From positions 12,126,644 to 12,190,643 of the forward strand of contig CM120643.1 in assembly GCA_051362555.1 (NCBI GenBank): DNA of 64,000 nt. Reading direction: 5' to 3'. This DNA comes from Lingula anatina. Lineage: Eukaryota; Animalia; Brachiopoda. Position numbers and translations under genes: made by a program. The notes beneath the pieces were generated by a model that had not been told where the DNA came from, did no database searches, and saw only the letters and a list, made by a program, of their open reading frames with translations. Within the stretch, counting starts at the first letter, position 1; each line of letters begins with the position of its first letter. Of this stretch, positions 52,758 through 64,000 are shown piece by piece.

Positions 52758-53636
52758 ACCGACTGGAATAAAACAACAGCCCTAGTCATTCTTAAGGAGG
52801 GATCAAGGCTCATCCCTTATCTATTTTTCTTTAAACCTCTCTCTCTACGAGTACACTTCTCTCTACTGCATTCATCAAACACATGATTTATAACCGTCAC
52901 TCAATGACCATTTATTTGCTTGACAATCACACCTCTTATTTTTCTCTCATCCCAAAAAACTTCCGTACACTTCCACTGAGTGGAGAGGATGATAAATCAC
53001 CAAGCAGAAAGGAGCTGTCATCACATTTTCCAGTCAATTCTGCCAAGTGCATCAAACCAAGCTCCGGCAGGATTTATTGACATGAGAAACCAATTCTTAA
53101 ATTTCACACATTTTGAATTTTTCGAATGAAGACCTGTTTGGTTCAAGTTTATATTCATGACCACAAATACTCACCTATCACAGAGACTGTAGTGAAAATT
53201 CTACTTAAGGAAGAAACGATAGGCAAGTGATAAATTAGGCACACCGACAATCAATCAATCATACTTTGAGAGGAATGAAGGCAAACTACATGTCAAATCG
53301 GTTTATGCTTTCTTTGTGCATTTTATGATGGTAATATGTAATATGCCAAATTCAAACATTTTGAACAACAACTGATTTCATGTCAACAACAACAACAACA
53401 AAATCAGATATCATGCACATACATAAAAACAGATGATAAAATGCTTAACATGATCTTAAAAAATAAGTTCTGCTGAAAAATTTGGAACAAATGATGTAAG
53501 TGGACATGAAGAAATGCGCAACCCAAGGATACATGACTTTTCAGCCCTGGTCACTTCCTTCTCCATGACACCCCCCCCCCCCCCCACACACACACACACA
53601 CACACTGTCCTTCAATACCATGAACAACAGGGTGAA

Positions 53637-53821
53637 GGCTGCATTCACAACAGCGAACTTAGTAGTCTGTGGACCAAATATGGCGACTCACTTGAAAGCT
53701 TGCTGTGTAATCCCCCAAAAGTCACCAAATAGATTCCCTGCGGGGAAATACCCAATAAGTATTCAAGTGGATTGGCCTATTTGATCTGTGGACTAAATAG
53801 TCTGCTGTTGTGAATGCAGCC
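53637..53821. mobile_element. Foldback MITE (Harbinger-like termini)
   Basis: Perfect 18-bp TIR GGCTGCATTCACAACAGC / GCTGTTGTGAATGCAGCC plus imperfect inner symmetry; no clear TSD. Confidence 0.7.
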
Positions 53822-54092
53822 AGGAAAATGAACCAATCAAACAGCACATGTCAAACCATTACCATGGCAATGGGTAGGGCAATGGAACAGAGACATTGGA
53901 TTGGCTACCCACTGAGATGTTATTGTCATTGAATTGAACTGGTGCATAGTTGAGTCAACCTATCCATGCAGTCAAAAGACGTTTCGTTATCTCCCATGCA
54001 AACATGTCTATGCAGTAGGATACAAGGTTTGCCTGGTGGGAATACACAACTATACACACATACACCCAACAATGAAGTTGTGATGACACTGA

Positions 54093-54294
54093 GGGTGTGT
54101 TCACAATGAAACTATCTTACTAGGTAGATCGATTCAACTCTGCTGAATGCAATCAGACTAACTGAATAACATGCTTCCTTGAGCAGCTAGGGCATCATCA
54201 ACTTTCAGATCAGTTACTCTGATTGCATTCTGCGAGAGTCCCTGCAGAGTTGAATCGATCTACCTAGTACAAAAACTTCATTGTGAATGCCCCC
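54093..54294. mobile_element. Foldback MITE (Harbinger-like termini)
   Basis: Three nested inverted pairs: TTCACAATGAA/TTCATTGTGAA, TACTAGGTAGATCGATTCAACTCTGC/GCAGAGTTGAATCGATCTACCTAGTA and GAATGCAATCAGA/TCTGATTGCATTC. Confidence 0.78.
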
Positions 54295-55239
54295 TTCAAC
54301 CATACACCTGCACTTAAATTACATATAACTATTGAGATCTGCTTCCAATGCATATACATATACATGTACCTCTTAGTGTCCTGCTGTCTTTAGCTTGCTA
54401 CACTCCCCAATGGTAGGCAGTTGAAACTCACCACAGACGAGTTTCAACTTGTCTGATTCTGATTCAGCACCATGTGAGTTGTACTCATCATAGTTTTGAG
54501 GTAAAAACATTCCAGCTTCACTCAAGATGTGGTCAATTTTTCTTTTTTACCACATGCACCTATAATCCTGTCTATTGTTCCTTGTGCTGTTGGTTAAACT
54601 CAAAAATTCAAGAGAAGACAGTGAGCGTAATCAATTGCCTATATCCCGAAATCAGAACAAATTTTGGGAAATCTAACTGCTCCGAAGTTGGCTTTATACA
54701 TTAAGACAAGGCGGATGAGTCACATATGTTACCCTTTATATTGTAGACATGTTTTGGCAGGTAGATAACATTACCTAATACCAAATTATGTGGGTACACT
54801 ACAATACTGCCTTCCACTTTAGCTGCATGATTACTCAACACTTTCAGATAGATGGCAGCATTATGTCTTACTTGGATAAAATCAATCATTTTTATTTCAG
54901 AGAGAAGAGACTTTTCTCCAATAAATTTGGCAACTACATACTTTTCTTCAAATGGAATGGACTCCATGAATTCATACACATTACTTAGTTTTTCTTCAGC
55001 AGATTAAAAAAAAAGGGGGGGGGGGTTGGACATTATTATGAAGGGATTAAGTAATATACCTGATACGCTGGGATTGATACAAATCTTGACATTAAATTCA
55101 AGCAATAATGGTGTGAGTACTCACTCAATGAAGACTTTAAACTCCTCCATATGCCTCATAAACAACAATTACTGTTTGGTTTTTGGAGATGCATATTTGT
55201 GACTGGGATTACTGAACAATGAAAATATTGCCTGCAAGA

Positions 55240-55242
<3 letters not shown>

Positions 55243-55289
<47 letters not shown>

Positions 55290-55305
55290 GAGGGGGAGGG
55301 GCGGG
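55243..55305. repeat. (GA)n microsatellite followed by G-runs
   Basis: Read directly. Confidence 0.9.
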
Positions 55306-55613
55306 AGAGAGAACAGACACCTTCATATTACACAAGAATAAATTACCAAACTCATTCCATCTATCAGGCAAACAAGAGTAAGAGATCAAACTGAGGCCAA
55401 TGTAGACCTTCACCTGTCAATCAAAGTCATGTTAATTGTATTAATTTCTAGTAGGGCTCCACTAGAATCTTACACACTGCTTCTTTATAGTAAGTCTCTT
55501 ACTTAACCTGTTCAACTTTATTCTTAGAGTCAGGGCAGGTAGTAGATAATATTATCTAGTTACCTGTTGACAGCAGGGCACACACATCAGATACAGGTAA
55601 GACATGTGACAAA

Positions 55614-55839
55614 TACCCCATTTCCATAGAATTTTAGATCGATCTATCCCTGTGGGGATTCTCACTAGATTACTGTCAGCTTGGCCGGCTTAAACGTCTG
55701 TCCCGCCCACTAAAAGCTGTAAGGGGGTAATTAACTATGGTGCCCGCTCGGCTGACTGCATTTTAGCGTGAACCCCCAGGGAGTTAGGTTTATCTAAATC
55801 TTAATCTCTAGATCGATCTAAATCTCTGGGAAAGCACCC
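55614..55839. mobile_element. MITE family A copy 2
   Basis: Colinear with 11430-11644, sharing CTCACTAGATTACT, AAGCTGTAAGGGGGTAATTAACT and TTTAGCGTGAACCCCCAGGGAG; inverted ends. Confidence 0.75.
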
Positions 55840-58800
55840 AAATATGGGGCATGTACACTACAGGATAACCTAAAACAGTCTTATTAACTCAGGGTCCCTT
55901 CACAATGAATTTATCCACTTAGCTCTTGTGCACTAACTCCAGGCAGACTCTCCCTAAATGTAATTATATTAACAGACTAACACGCCTCCTCCTGGCGTTT
56001 AGTAGAATACAGAAAAGCTGGTTATTATACCAGTATGTTAGAAATAAGAAGAGGCATGTTAGTTTGTAAATCTGATTGCATCATTCAGAAACCCCCTCTT
56101 ATTAAAGCTAATTCATGAAAGTTTAAACTTAGTCATTCTAAAAGTTAGTCAAGCTTTGGGATCTATTTACTGGACCTTAATTGATCATAGCGTATTGGAG
56201 ACCAGGTGTCCCAAATGAACTGAAAGCTCAAGTAACTTTTGTTATGAATAAGTTAAAACATTCGTGAATAATGTGCAATCTGGTATATAATAGATGTGTT
56301 TGCATAATGCAATGTTCTACTCAATACCATATACTCTTTTTAGCCGTTCAAAGGACTGGTGATGATGATCTCTTTATTAAAGGACTGAATGATGCAGTGT
56401 GAGATCATGGTTTTTGTCCCGTAATCCAGGATCATATATTGGTGAATAATCAGTGATGTGTATGATCTCACCTTGATCCCAGTTCATTTCTGTCAAGTAG
56501 GGTTTCTTGTATGACTAACCGTGCTGTCTTGGAAAAATGTTTATGCTTATTAACTTGGATTGATTTGCATGTTTCATATGTAATATTTAAGAAAACAAAT
56601 TTCTTTTTCTACAGAAGTAGTAACTTTATGGACAAAAGTTGTCATTTTTTATGTCTCGAGCTAGGGTGCACTTAACCAATGGCTTAACATTATAAGCAAA
56701 TGACTATCACTCTTCCAATAACAAGAACACAATACAGCCACTCTGATAACTAGACACTATCTAGAACACTGTTACAGCATATATATACCAATTTCTTTAA
56801 TTAATTTGGCTAATCAAAAGTTTCATTTTCATGATTATGGATGTGATATTAGAACCTGATGTCCACTTTCAACAGGTTATATGAGCATCCAGAAAATAAA
56901 ATGACCACAAGATTGTCCTGTAGGACAATTTTTTTTTTGTTATAATCCAACTTAATGGTTTGAACAGAAATGACCACAGGTTTGTGATTAAGAGAAAATT
57001 AATTTTTCAATTAATCCATTTCCAGAATTGTTAAAATTCAAGGAAAGCAATGCAAGATTTACTAAAGATTTTTTCCCATACTGCTGTCTAGAGCAATATT
57101 TATGTCCCATTGAAAACTGACAGACTATATAGTAGAACCACTTTGGCACTTCACCAATCTCTTTTAGCAAACATTTTGATCATTAAAAAAAAAACTTTTT
57201 TGCAGAACCCACCTTATGCCATGGTAATTATCAGTTTATTCAGTTACTTAAGATGTATATGTTAAAACCAAAAAACAAACGCTCAGGCACGGTCAGCTCA
57301 CGACTCCTATCTTCCAATTCAGTAACAGTTAACATAAACTGATCCTGGCATAACCGAGCTATTTCGAACAATAAATACCAAAATAAAACAATAACTGAAT
57401 CATTTTGGAACAAATTATACTTTCATAATTTCATACAAAGAGAAATATTTGTCTTGTTTCAACTCTTTTCTATATCTTAATTTTAACTTTTTTATTTTTA
57501 AAATCTTTGATATAATTTAAGGGTTTTCCAAGCTCCACACTGGACCACTACCTCCACCCCAACCCCTCCCCTCCATCCCCGTTCCAAATTTTAAGAAGTC
57601 CAAGCGGATAGGTTATCTTTATCTGGGTTATTTGCTCCTACATGAACACCCATCCTTGTCAAATTGCCAGATCTGTTCTTCACGAAATGTGTGTCGATAA
57701 AATATATTGTTTATCAATTTTCATGACATCAGCATCAAGAAAACACCTGACAACAACAACAATAATCTGAAGTCAACAACTGAAACAATATCAAGGGGTA
57801 AAATTGGCAGACCTTAAAATGAAGTTGGACCAAAACCAATAACCTAGCAAAAGCGTAAATGGGGACAGTGAATGATGGGAAGAAAAACAAAACACAAACA
57901 AAAACTCCCTACCTTCATACAATACAACCCCACAGACAGACAGACAGCAATCACCTCCTCAACACAACAGAAGAAGTATCATTTAAGTAAACATAGGTAG
58001 TAGTAAACCCTGATCATTCCTCTCCACTCTAGGTTTGAAATTAAATCTCCGCTGTGCCTCCGAATTGGCCGTCATCCACATCAGCCAGTGCCCAGTACGC
58101 AAGCCTCAACTCCAGTGTACTTTGCCACCACCTATTCATGAATGCTAGAAGGAATTCAGGTCTGGGATGTGGTGCAACATGAAGAGGCATATCAATCACG
58201 GCAGTTGCAGTATATAGTTATGATTATTATATCCCAGAATGTTAATTAATAATCTCGACACGCTCGGCTCAGGAGGTCACGGTAAGTGCGATAAGCAGTC
58301 TGATCCTAGCCTAATTCTACCTGTTTAACTTGATGATAATGCACAACCCACTGCCCATACTATATGTATATCTTTATATACGTGTAAGTGTGCTCTTCAA
58401 AAATTTCATCTGAAAATATTTGAATATTTTAATTTTAGCATAATCAGCCATTCATGTAGTACATGCTCATTAGCCTGGTTCTAACTCTTATTCAAAATTA
58501 TTTTTATCAACATAAATGACAGTCCATGGTAAAGACCTAGTACTGTATGTAATGGCTATTATGTCCTAGACTATTTATAAATAATTTAGTTGCACTATGC
58601 TTACAGGGTCATAGCAGAGTGGGAGGCTAATCAACAGTCAGCGTAGACATAGTCAGCCTATGCCATTCCACTGCACTGTAGAGTGGCAAGGTTAACCAAG
58701 GTCCACCCAGTGGGCTAAAATAGATATGACCGATGCATCCTAGAATATTTAATAATAATAATAATAAGTCAACTGGACAAGCTGTTAGGCCCATGAGGTC

Positions 58801-60309
58801 ACAGTGAGTGCTGTGAACGGCCATAGCTTGCTTACCTTTACTATCCACTGCAAGGCTGGCACGCTTACAGCATTACAGCAGTGTAATATAGTCTGGTGCC
58901 GGAATACTTTGTATATAATTTTTATATACAAAAATGTTCATGAATATGATCTGTATACATTCTTCTCTTCCTAGGTGATAGTAGATCAGCCTGTGGCCTC
59001 TTGGTTTTTACGAAGGGGCCCTAGTACTGCTGGTTATATAGTACTGTGTGTGCGAGGTGAAACAGCAGTTGCCGCCTCCTGGAAAAAACCTAGTGTGAGC
59101 TCCGTCTATTAAAAATTCCCAGTGATGGCCTTCCAGGAAATAATGACCTTTAATTTGACCGCTTCCTCTCTAAGCTGACCATTTCCCACCCGTCTACAGA
59201 CTGACCATTTTCATAGGAAATAAAACAATGCTAAAAATGGCTGCACCGCTCTTCCTCCTTGAAAACCAGCCATTTATTTCTTTGCCTCTGGAAACCTGGA
59301 GGATCAGACAGCCAGAGAAATGCTTTCTCTTCTAATCACGCTGACCATTACTAGCTGACCTCCTGGAAACCCATACTGACCAATGACTATACAGATGCAG
59401 GGGAAAATCCTATCGTCATTAATTGTTAGCTGGGTTGGTCAGTTGTTTTCTCCCGGGAGACAAAAGTCGAAGAGCAATTGAAAGGAAATCTCTATGGGGA
59501 ATCAATGTGTTTCACTCAAACCCGATGTCACAGGTTTCTATGGGAATTATGCATTTGCTTCCACCCGCTGAAGCACGGAGCAGACACTATTTTACTTCGA
59601 AACAATCCAATTCCGACCAATATTGTTCCATTATATAATGGACAGACAAACAGTTGTGAGGCTACTGGCTGAACCATTTCATTATGCCTGCCATGTTAAG
59701 TAGCATTCAGTACACTGAATCCCAGACAATGTTTTGATTGGCCCATTAAGTAATATGTCTGAACTCAGGGTTAAGAGGTCAGAGCTCTCGGAGAAAAAGG
59801 GAGTACTACAGGATGTGTGGAGTCTAGTCTCTTCTGAAAATGTGAAATTTCGACCTGACTACTGATTAAATTTCTGAATATTCTGAATAATAAATGATTG
59901 TGGTGTCAAAAGAAGATTGTGGTCAAGCCTGCATGTGGCAATTTGAAAAGAACGGAGGGGGGTGGTCTTTTTCTAATGAAGTGGACCTTTTCACCCCTTT
60001 ACTTGATCTAACTTGAGGATTGGCACATCACATGAACAGTCAGTGCATGGTGACGCGTGCATGCAAGCACACGTACAAGGGTACCTGTCCACTTGGCAAC
60101 AGCCACGTTTAATTCTATTTAAAGCAAATTTTACACAATTTTTGTCCTCTGAATAGATCATAGAACTAGTAAATAATTTATCCTGCTAGTGTAGAATGAA
60201 CACACTTTAGTCTGATAGATAAATTTAAAACTTGAAGAATAAAAAGCTGCAGTAGCACATACAATGTGCGATTTTTATATTTGATGAGGACTGTGTGTGC
60301 AGTGAAATG

Positions 60310-60476
60310 CAGGGATGGATTGGGGCCATCTTCTGAGTCTTCCAGAAGACGATCAAATTTTCAAGTTTACATTGAGGGGTATCAATTTTTTTTTCTGTCG
60401 GAAGACGGTCAAAAATGGAGGATGGATCAAAAAAAATTTGGAAGCCTGTCCGAAAATATCTCTGGATCAGCCCCTA
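60310..60476 (-). mobile_element. Short DNA-transposon family B copy 2, inverted relative to copy 1
   Basis: CAGGGATGGATT...CTGGATCAGCCCCTA aligns to the reverse complement of 37754-37920; AAATG flanks both ends. Confidence 0.65.
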
Positions 60477-61841
60477 AAATGTATGTGTGGGCACACATAC
60501 TAATACATATCTGTGTAACTGATGGAAATATGTACACATTTGAATATGTTGAGAAAATTTCTCTAAATGAAATGATTAAGTTATACGAACACACATCGAA
60601 GTGCAATCGTTCTTAATAACAAATAAATTTCATGGGGAAATTAATAGAATTTTATTTCACTTTGTCAGTTACAAGCCTTTTCAGTCATATATAAAAAAGG
60701 AAGAAAAGGATAGAAAAATATCACTGCACTTCTGCCGATAAGGAAAATGCAGCTAACCTGATGAAAATCAAACATTGTAGGAAAAACCAATCAATCTTGG
60801 ACACAACTTCAATCTGCGGTCACTTAGTCATCAAGGACTGACAAAGTCACCTGAAAAGATTGACAGCTGTCTTTCTCTTCACTCACTTCCATTTACGCAC
60901 AGCATCTGAAAAGCTACAACTGTATTCTTCCATAATGCATGCATCTATTCAATTGGTTTATTATGATCTTATTTACTGAGCAACATACTAAACTCGCATG
61001 AGTGCCGAGGCAACATGCAAGATCAACAACAACGTCTACCTGCCTAAAACACAGGTATACTAATTATGTAGAGTTATTGTAGTATATGGCCTTAATGGCA
61101 GGTAAAATGATACTTTTCAGTCCACCTCCCGTGGGGAAATAGAAACGTGACAACAACGCCAAAATGAATCTACATTCATGGAAACACTACCTCCTAACAA
61201 ATGAACCCTTCACGATAATCGATGATATATTTTGCTCCATTTTGCCCAACTATTAAGGCTATTGTTATAGATATTTTAAAACCAGTTATTGCCTTTTGTT
61301 GCTACTGCCACTAAAACTGATTGTTGGTCTTTTGTCTCTTTCTCATTCTTGTTCTATTTCACTGTCCTATTCAGTGCACTGTTAAATTGCTGGAAAAAAA
61401 GTTTTGAAAAGTAACACTTAAGCCCCTGCCACTGGCACTTACTGTTTCTCATTTCATTCATCCATTCATTTATTCTCTCTCTCTTTGCATAATAATGCAC
61501 CCTTACATGCATCTTTACAAATTTTTTAAAAAATTGAATAAAAATAATAAACTGTTAAAATCAGTGACATATTCCACTCCTTAAGTTTGCCATATTATCC
61601 TAGAACAACTCAAAAAAAATAAAATAAAATAACAAAGTGTTCTGCAGGAATATTTGGAGAAACAGTCGACATTTACCACACCTGCCCAAGGTGCGAACGA
61701 CACCTATGCTGTCTGGAAACTTTTATTTTTATCCCTTATGTCTGTGACATCATCACATTTATTTAGCCTATCTTGTCTTGTTTAATGTCCTTTTTGCTTG
61801 TGAATAATTAAAGGATACAGTGATATTCCCCCTCCCCCCCT

Positions 61842-61883
61842 TCTCTCTCTCTCTCTCTCTCTCTCTTGTTCATCATCATCATC

Positions 61884-61926
<43 letters not shown>
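61842..61926. repeat. Two (CT)n tracts separated by (CAT)n
   Basis: Read directly. Confidence 0.9.
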
Positions 61927-61929
<3 letters not shown>

Positions 61930-64000
61930 AAAAATCCAGACAGAGCTGACGTAGGTTGTAATATTTCTCATTCATGTCTGCATGGATTTGTTTAAGTGAG
62001 AGTATCATGATGAGAAATTGACTGTACAAGTCTGTCACACAATCTGTGCATGCTTCCAATGATTGCAACAACACTATTTTGTCACTGCAGTGCCACTTCA
62101 ATTAAATGTACCAGGTAAGACTGTCTGAAATAATGGCTGTGAAAAGAGCGTACTTTAATTTCTCTGAAAAGATACAATACCAGTTTCCCATTCTCTCTAG
62201 GTCTGACCTGATTCTTCTATAAATATACCCTAATAGATTCATTTGATATACGTAACACAAATAACTAGACACAACAGTTTCTAAACCCTTCTTGTACAGG
62301 TAAACATAGCCAATAGTGTCACATGTTAAAACGACCCACTTTTTATCTGTGTGTAAAAACTTGTGTAAATCAGCTTCTCCTCCCCCCCCTCCCCCAAACA
62401 TTTTTGTAACCCATTTATGTTGGAAATATTTTTTTCAACTGCTCCATGAAAATTCCAAGGATTTCTCCTTCTGACATCTGTTTTGGCACATTTACCTGCC
62501 TTCTCAATACCATGGCCCAAGAAATAGGCATGAAGCTAATGATTTGGAACTAATCACGTCCTAAATTCTTTCGCGTTTTCACCACTTTCTATATCTGGCA
62601 TACATTAAGGATACTAAATTAGATAGACAGGAAGAACTTAAGCAGTACATTTTGTATATTTAGCATCTACTGTTCATCTGTCTGTCAATACTAAAAAAAA
62701 AAGTCATCAGATGGATGCAAAATAATAATGGGCAAATTTGGGCGTAACTATCATGGCCAATTAAAAAAAAACATTAAACTCACTACTTAAATAAATTGAA
62801 TATTGAAAATGTAAATGAGCTCAGAATAAGATTTTTGTCATAAGAAGCTATGTGTAAGAGATGCATATTTACATAACTGAACTTTTAATAATTAATTTCT
62901 TAAATTCATCTCAATAACTGAATTCTCAGGTTAGTAAAAGCCTGATCAAAAGTGTCTATCTGAACATTCAGTCAGACTGAATACTAAATTGCTAGTAAAA
63001 TTCACAAAAAATCTCAAGTCTACCTTAAAATCAATTCACTCCAATGATTGAACAGATTTCCTGACTCAAAACACTAAAACCATGTGAACTTAAGAGTCTA
63101 GGCTCAATTTACCATCCAGTAATGGACCTTAAAGTTACATTTATAGCAAGCGTGGATACTCAGTAAGGCGAAAAGCAACTTCTACAAGTTTCTTGTATGA
63201 CCAAAAATAAAGTTGACATGCAAAGGGATAAGCCAAATTAATCACTGGATAAGCCATAAAAGAGCTTTAAAACTGCATCTTCTTCAAATTTCTGGTTGAG
63301 ATATCTGTCCCTCCTGTTAAATGATGGAATACTACACGTGCATTGCATAATCATCACTCCAATGTGTGGATATAGCTGTACGCATCACATATTTATTTAA
63401 ATGAGTTGCCGAAAATGACTGAAGATTACATTTAGCGCATAAAGCAAGCATAGAATATCCACCCAAATACCATTTTTCTGGTAATATTAAACAATGTCCT
63501 TTGGTATTTCTCTAAGTTACACTATTTAAAACTGTATGGAGGCATTTGTCCGGGCTTTGTGGCAATAATTCAAATGCATCTTTAAAAAGTACCCCACAGA
63601 TCATGCAATTATTACCAACATCACTGAAGGAGGTTGAGTTTTCATCAGTTTGGTGTTAATTCAACAAGGTCGCTTAAAAAGTTCTTCGAAAATTTTGATG
63701 AAATTTCAAGGACCATAGCATTAAATGAAAGAAACAGTAGTCTTTGAGAGAACTTAAACTTATATCAGTCTCACAAAAGTTACCATGTAGAGCAAGACAC
63801 ATGCAACGTATTTATTGTATGACAGGTAGCACGAGAAGAATAGAATTCCTTTTGAAAAGCTTTTTATATCACGGTGCTCACAATGGGAGGGATACTTTTT
63901 CAGGTCAGTGGGGGCAAATTTTGTGAAAAATCATTCTGCATTTCATGGTAAGAAATACAAAAGGAGTAAAACAACCTTGATGAAATGTGAGCGGGGCTGA

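Noticed and set aside
23205-55305. Poly-G/poly-C runs as functional G-quadruplexes (for example 23205, 26576, 37638, 52490, 55279)
   Set aside because: Homopolymer runs are frequent on both strands with no positional pattern; probably slippage.
15006-61460. TGAATGAA Capicua sites suggesting ATXN1-CIC autoregulation (15006, 17584, 25805, 27229, 29946, 61453)
   Set aside because: A rough estimate gives about five chance hits for this AT-rich 8-mer in 64 kb on both strands, so the count is not clearly enriched.

Overview
AT-rich animal genomic DNA, probably a marine invertebrate given its repeat families; this is not a prokaryotic window. The only supported protein-coding gene is an ataxin-1 (ATXN1/Atx-1) homolog on the minus strand with two coding exons (about 29794..27974 and 8058..7459) joined by a 19.9 kb phase-0 GT-AG intron that splits the AXH domain. 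The predicted protein is about 806 aa and carries the RKRRWSAP motif. The 34 kb to the right is non-coding, probably 5' introns, non-coding exons and regulatory DNA. Left of the gene is a 3.6 kb non-autonomous Helitron/Helentron (DINE-1/HINE-like) element. It contains a 146-bp satellite with a perfect DR1 nuclear-receptor site in every unit, a nested palindrome-array MITE and an 817-bp terminal duplication. Several MITEs, local duplications, a patterned minisatellite and microsatellites are scattered elsewhere. I found no clear new multi-gene system; the composite element and the regulatory signals around ATXN1 are the best leads.
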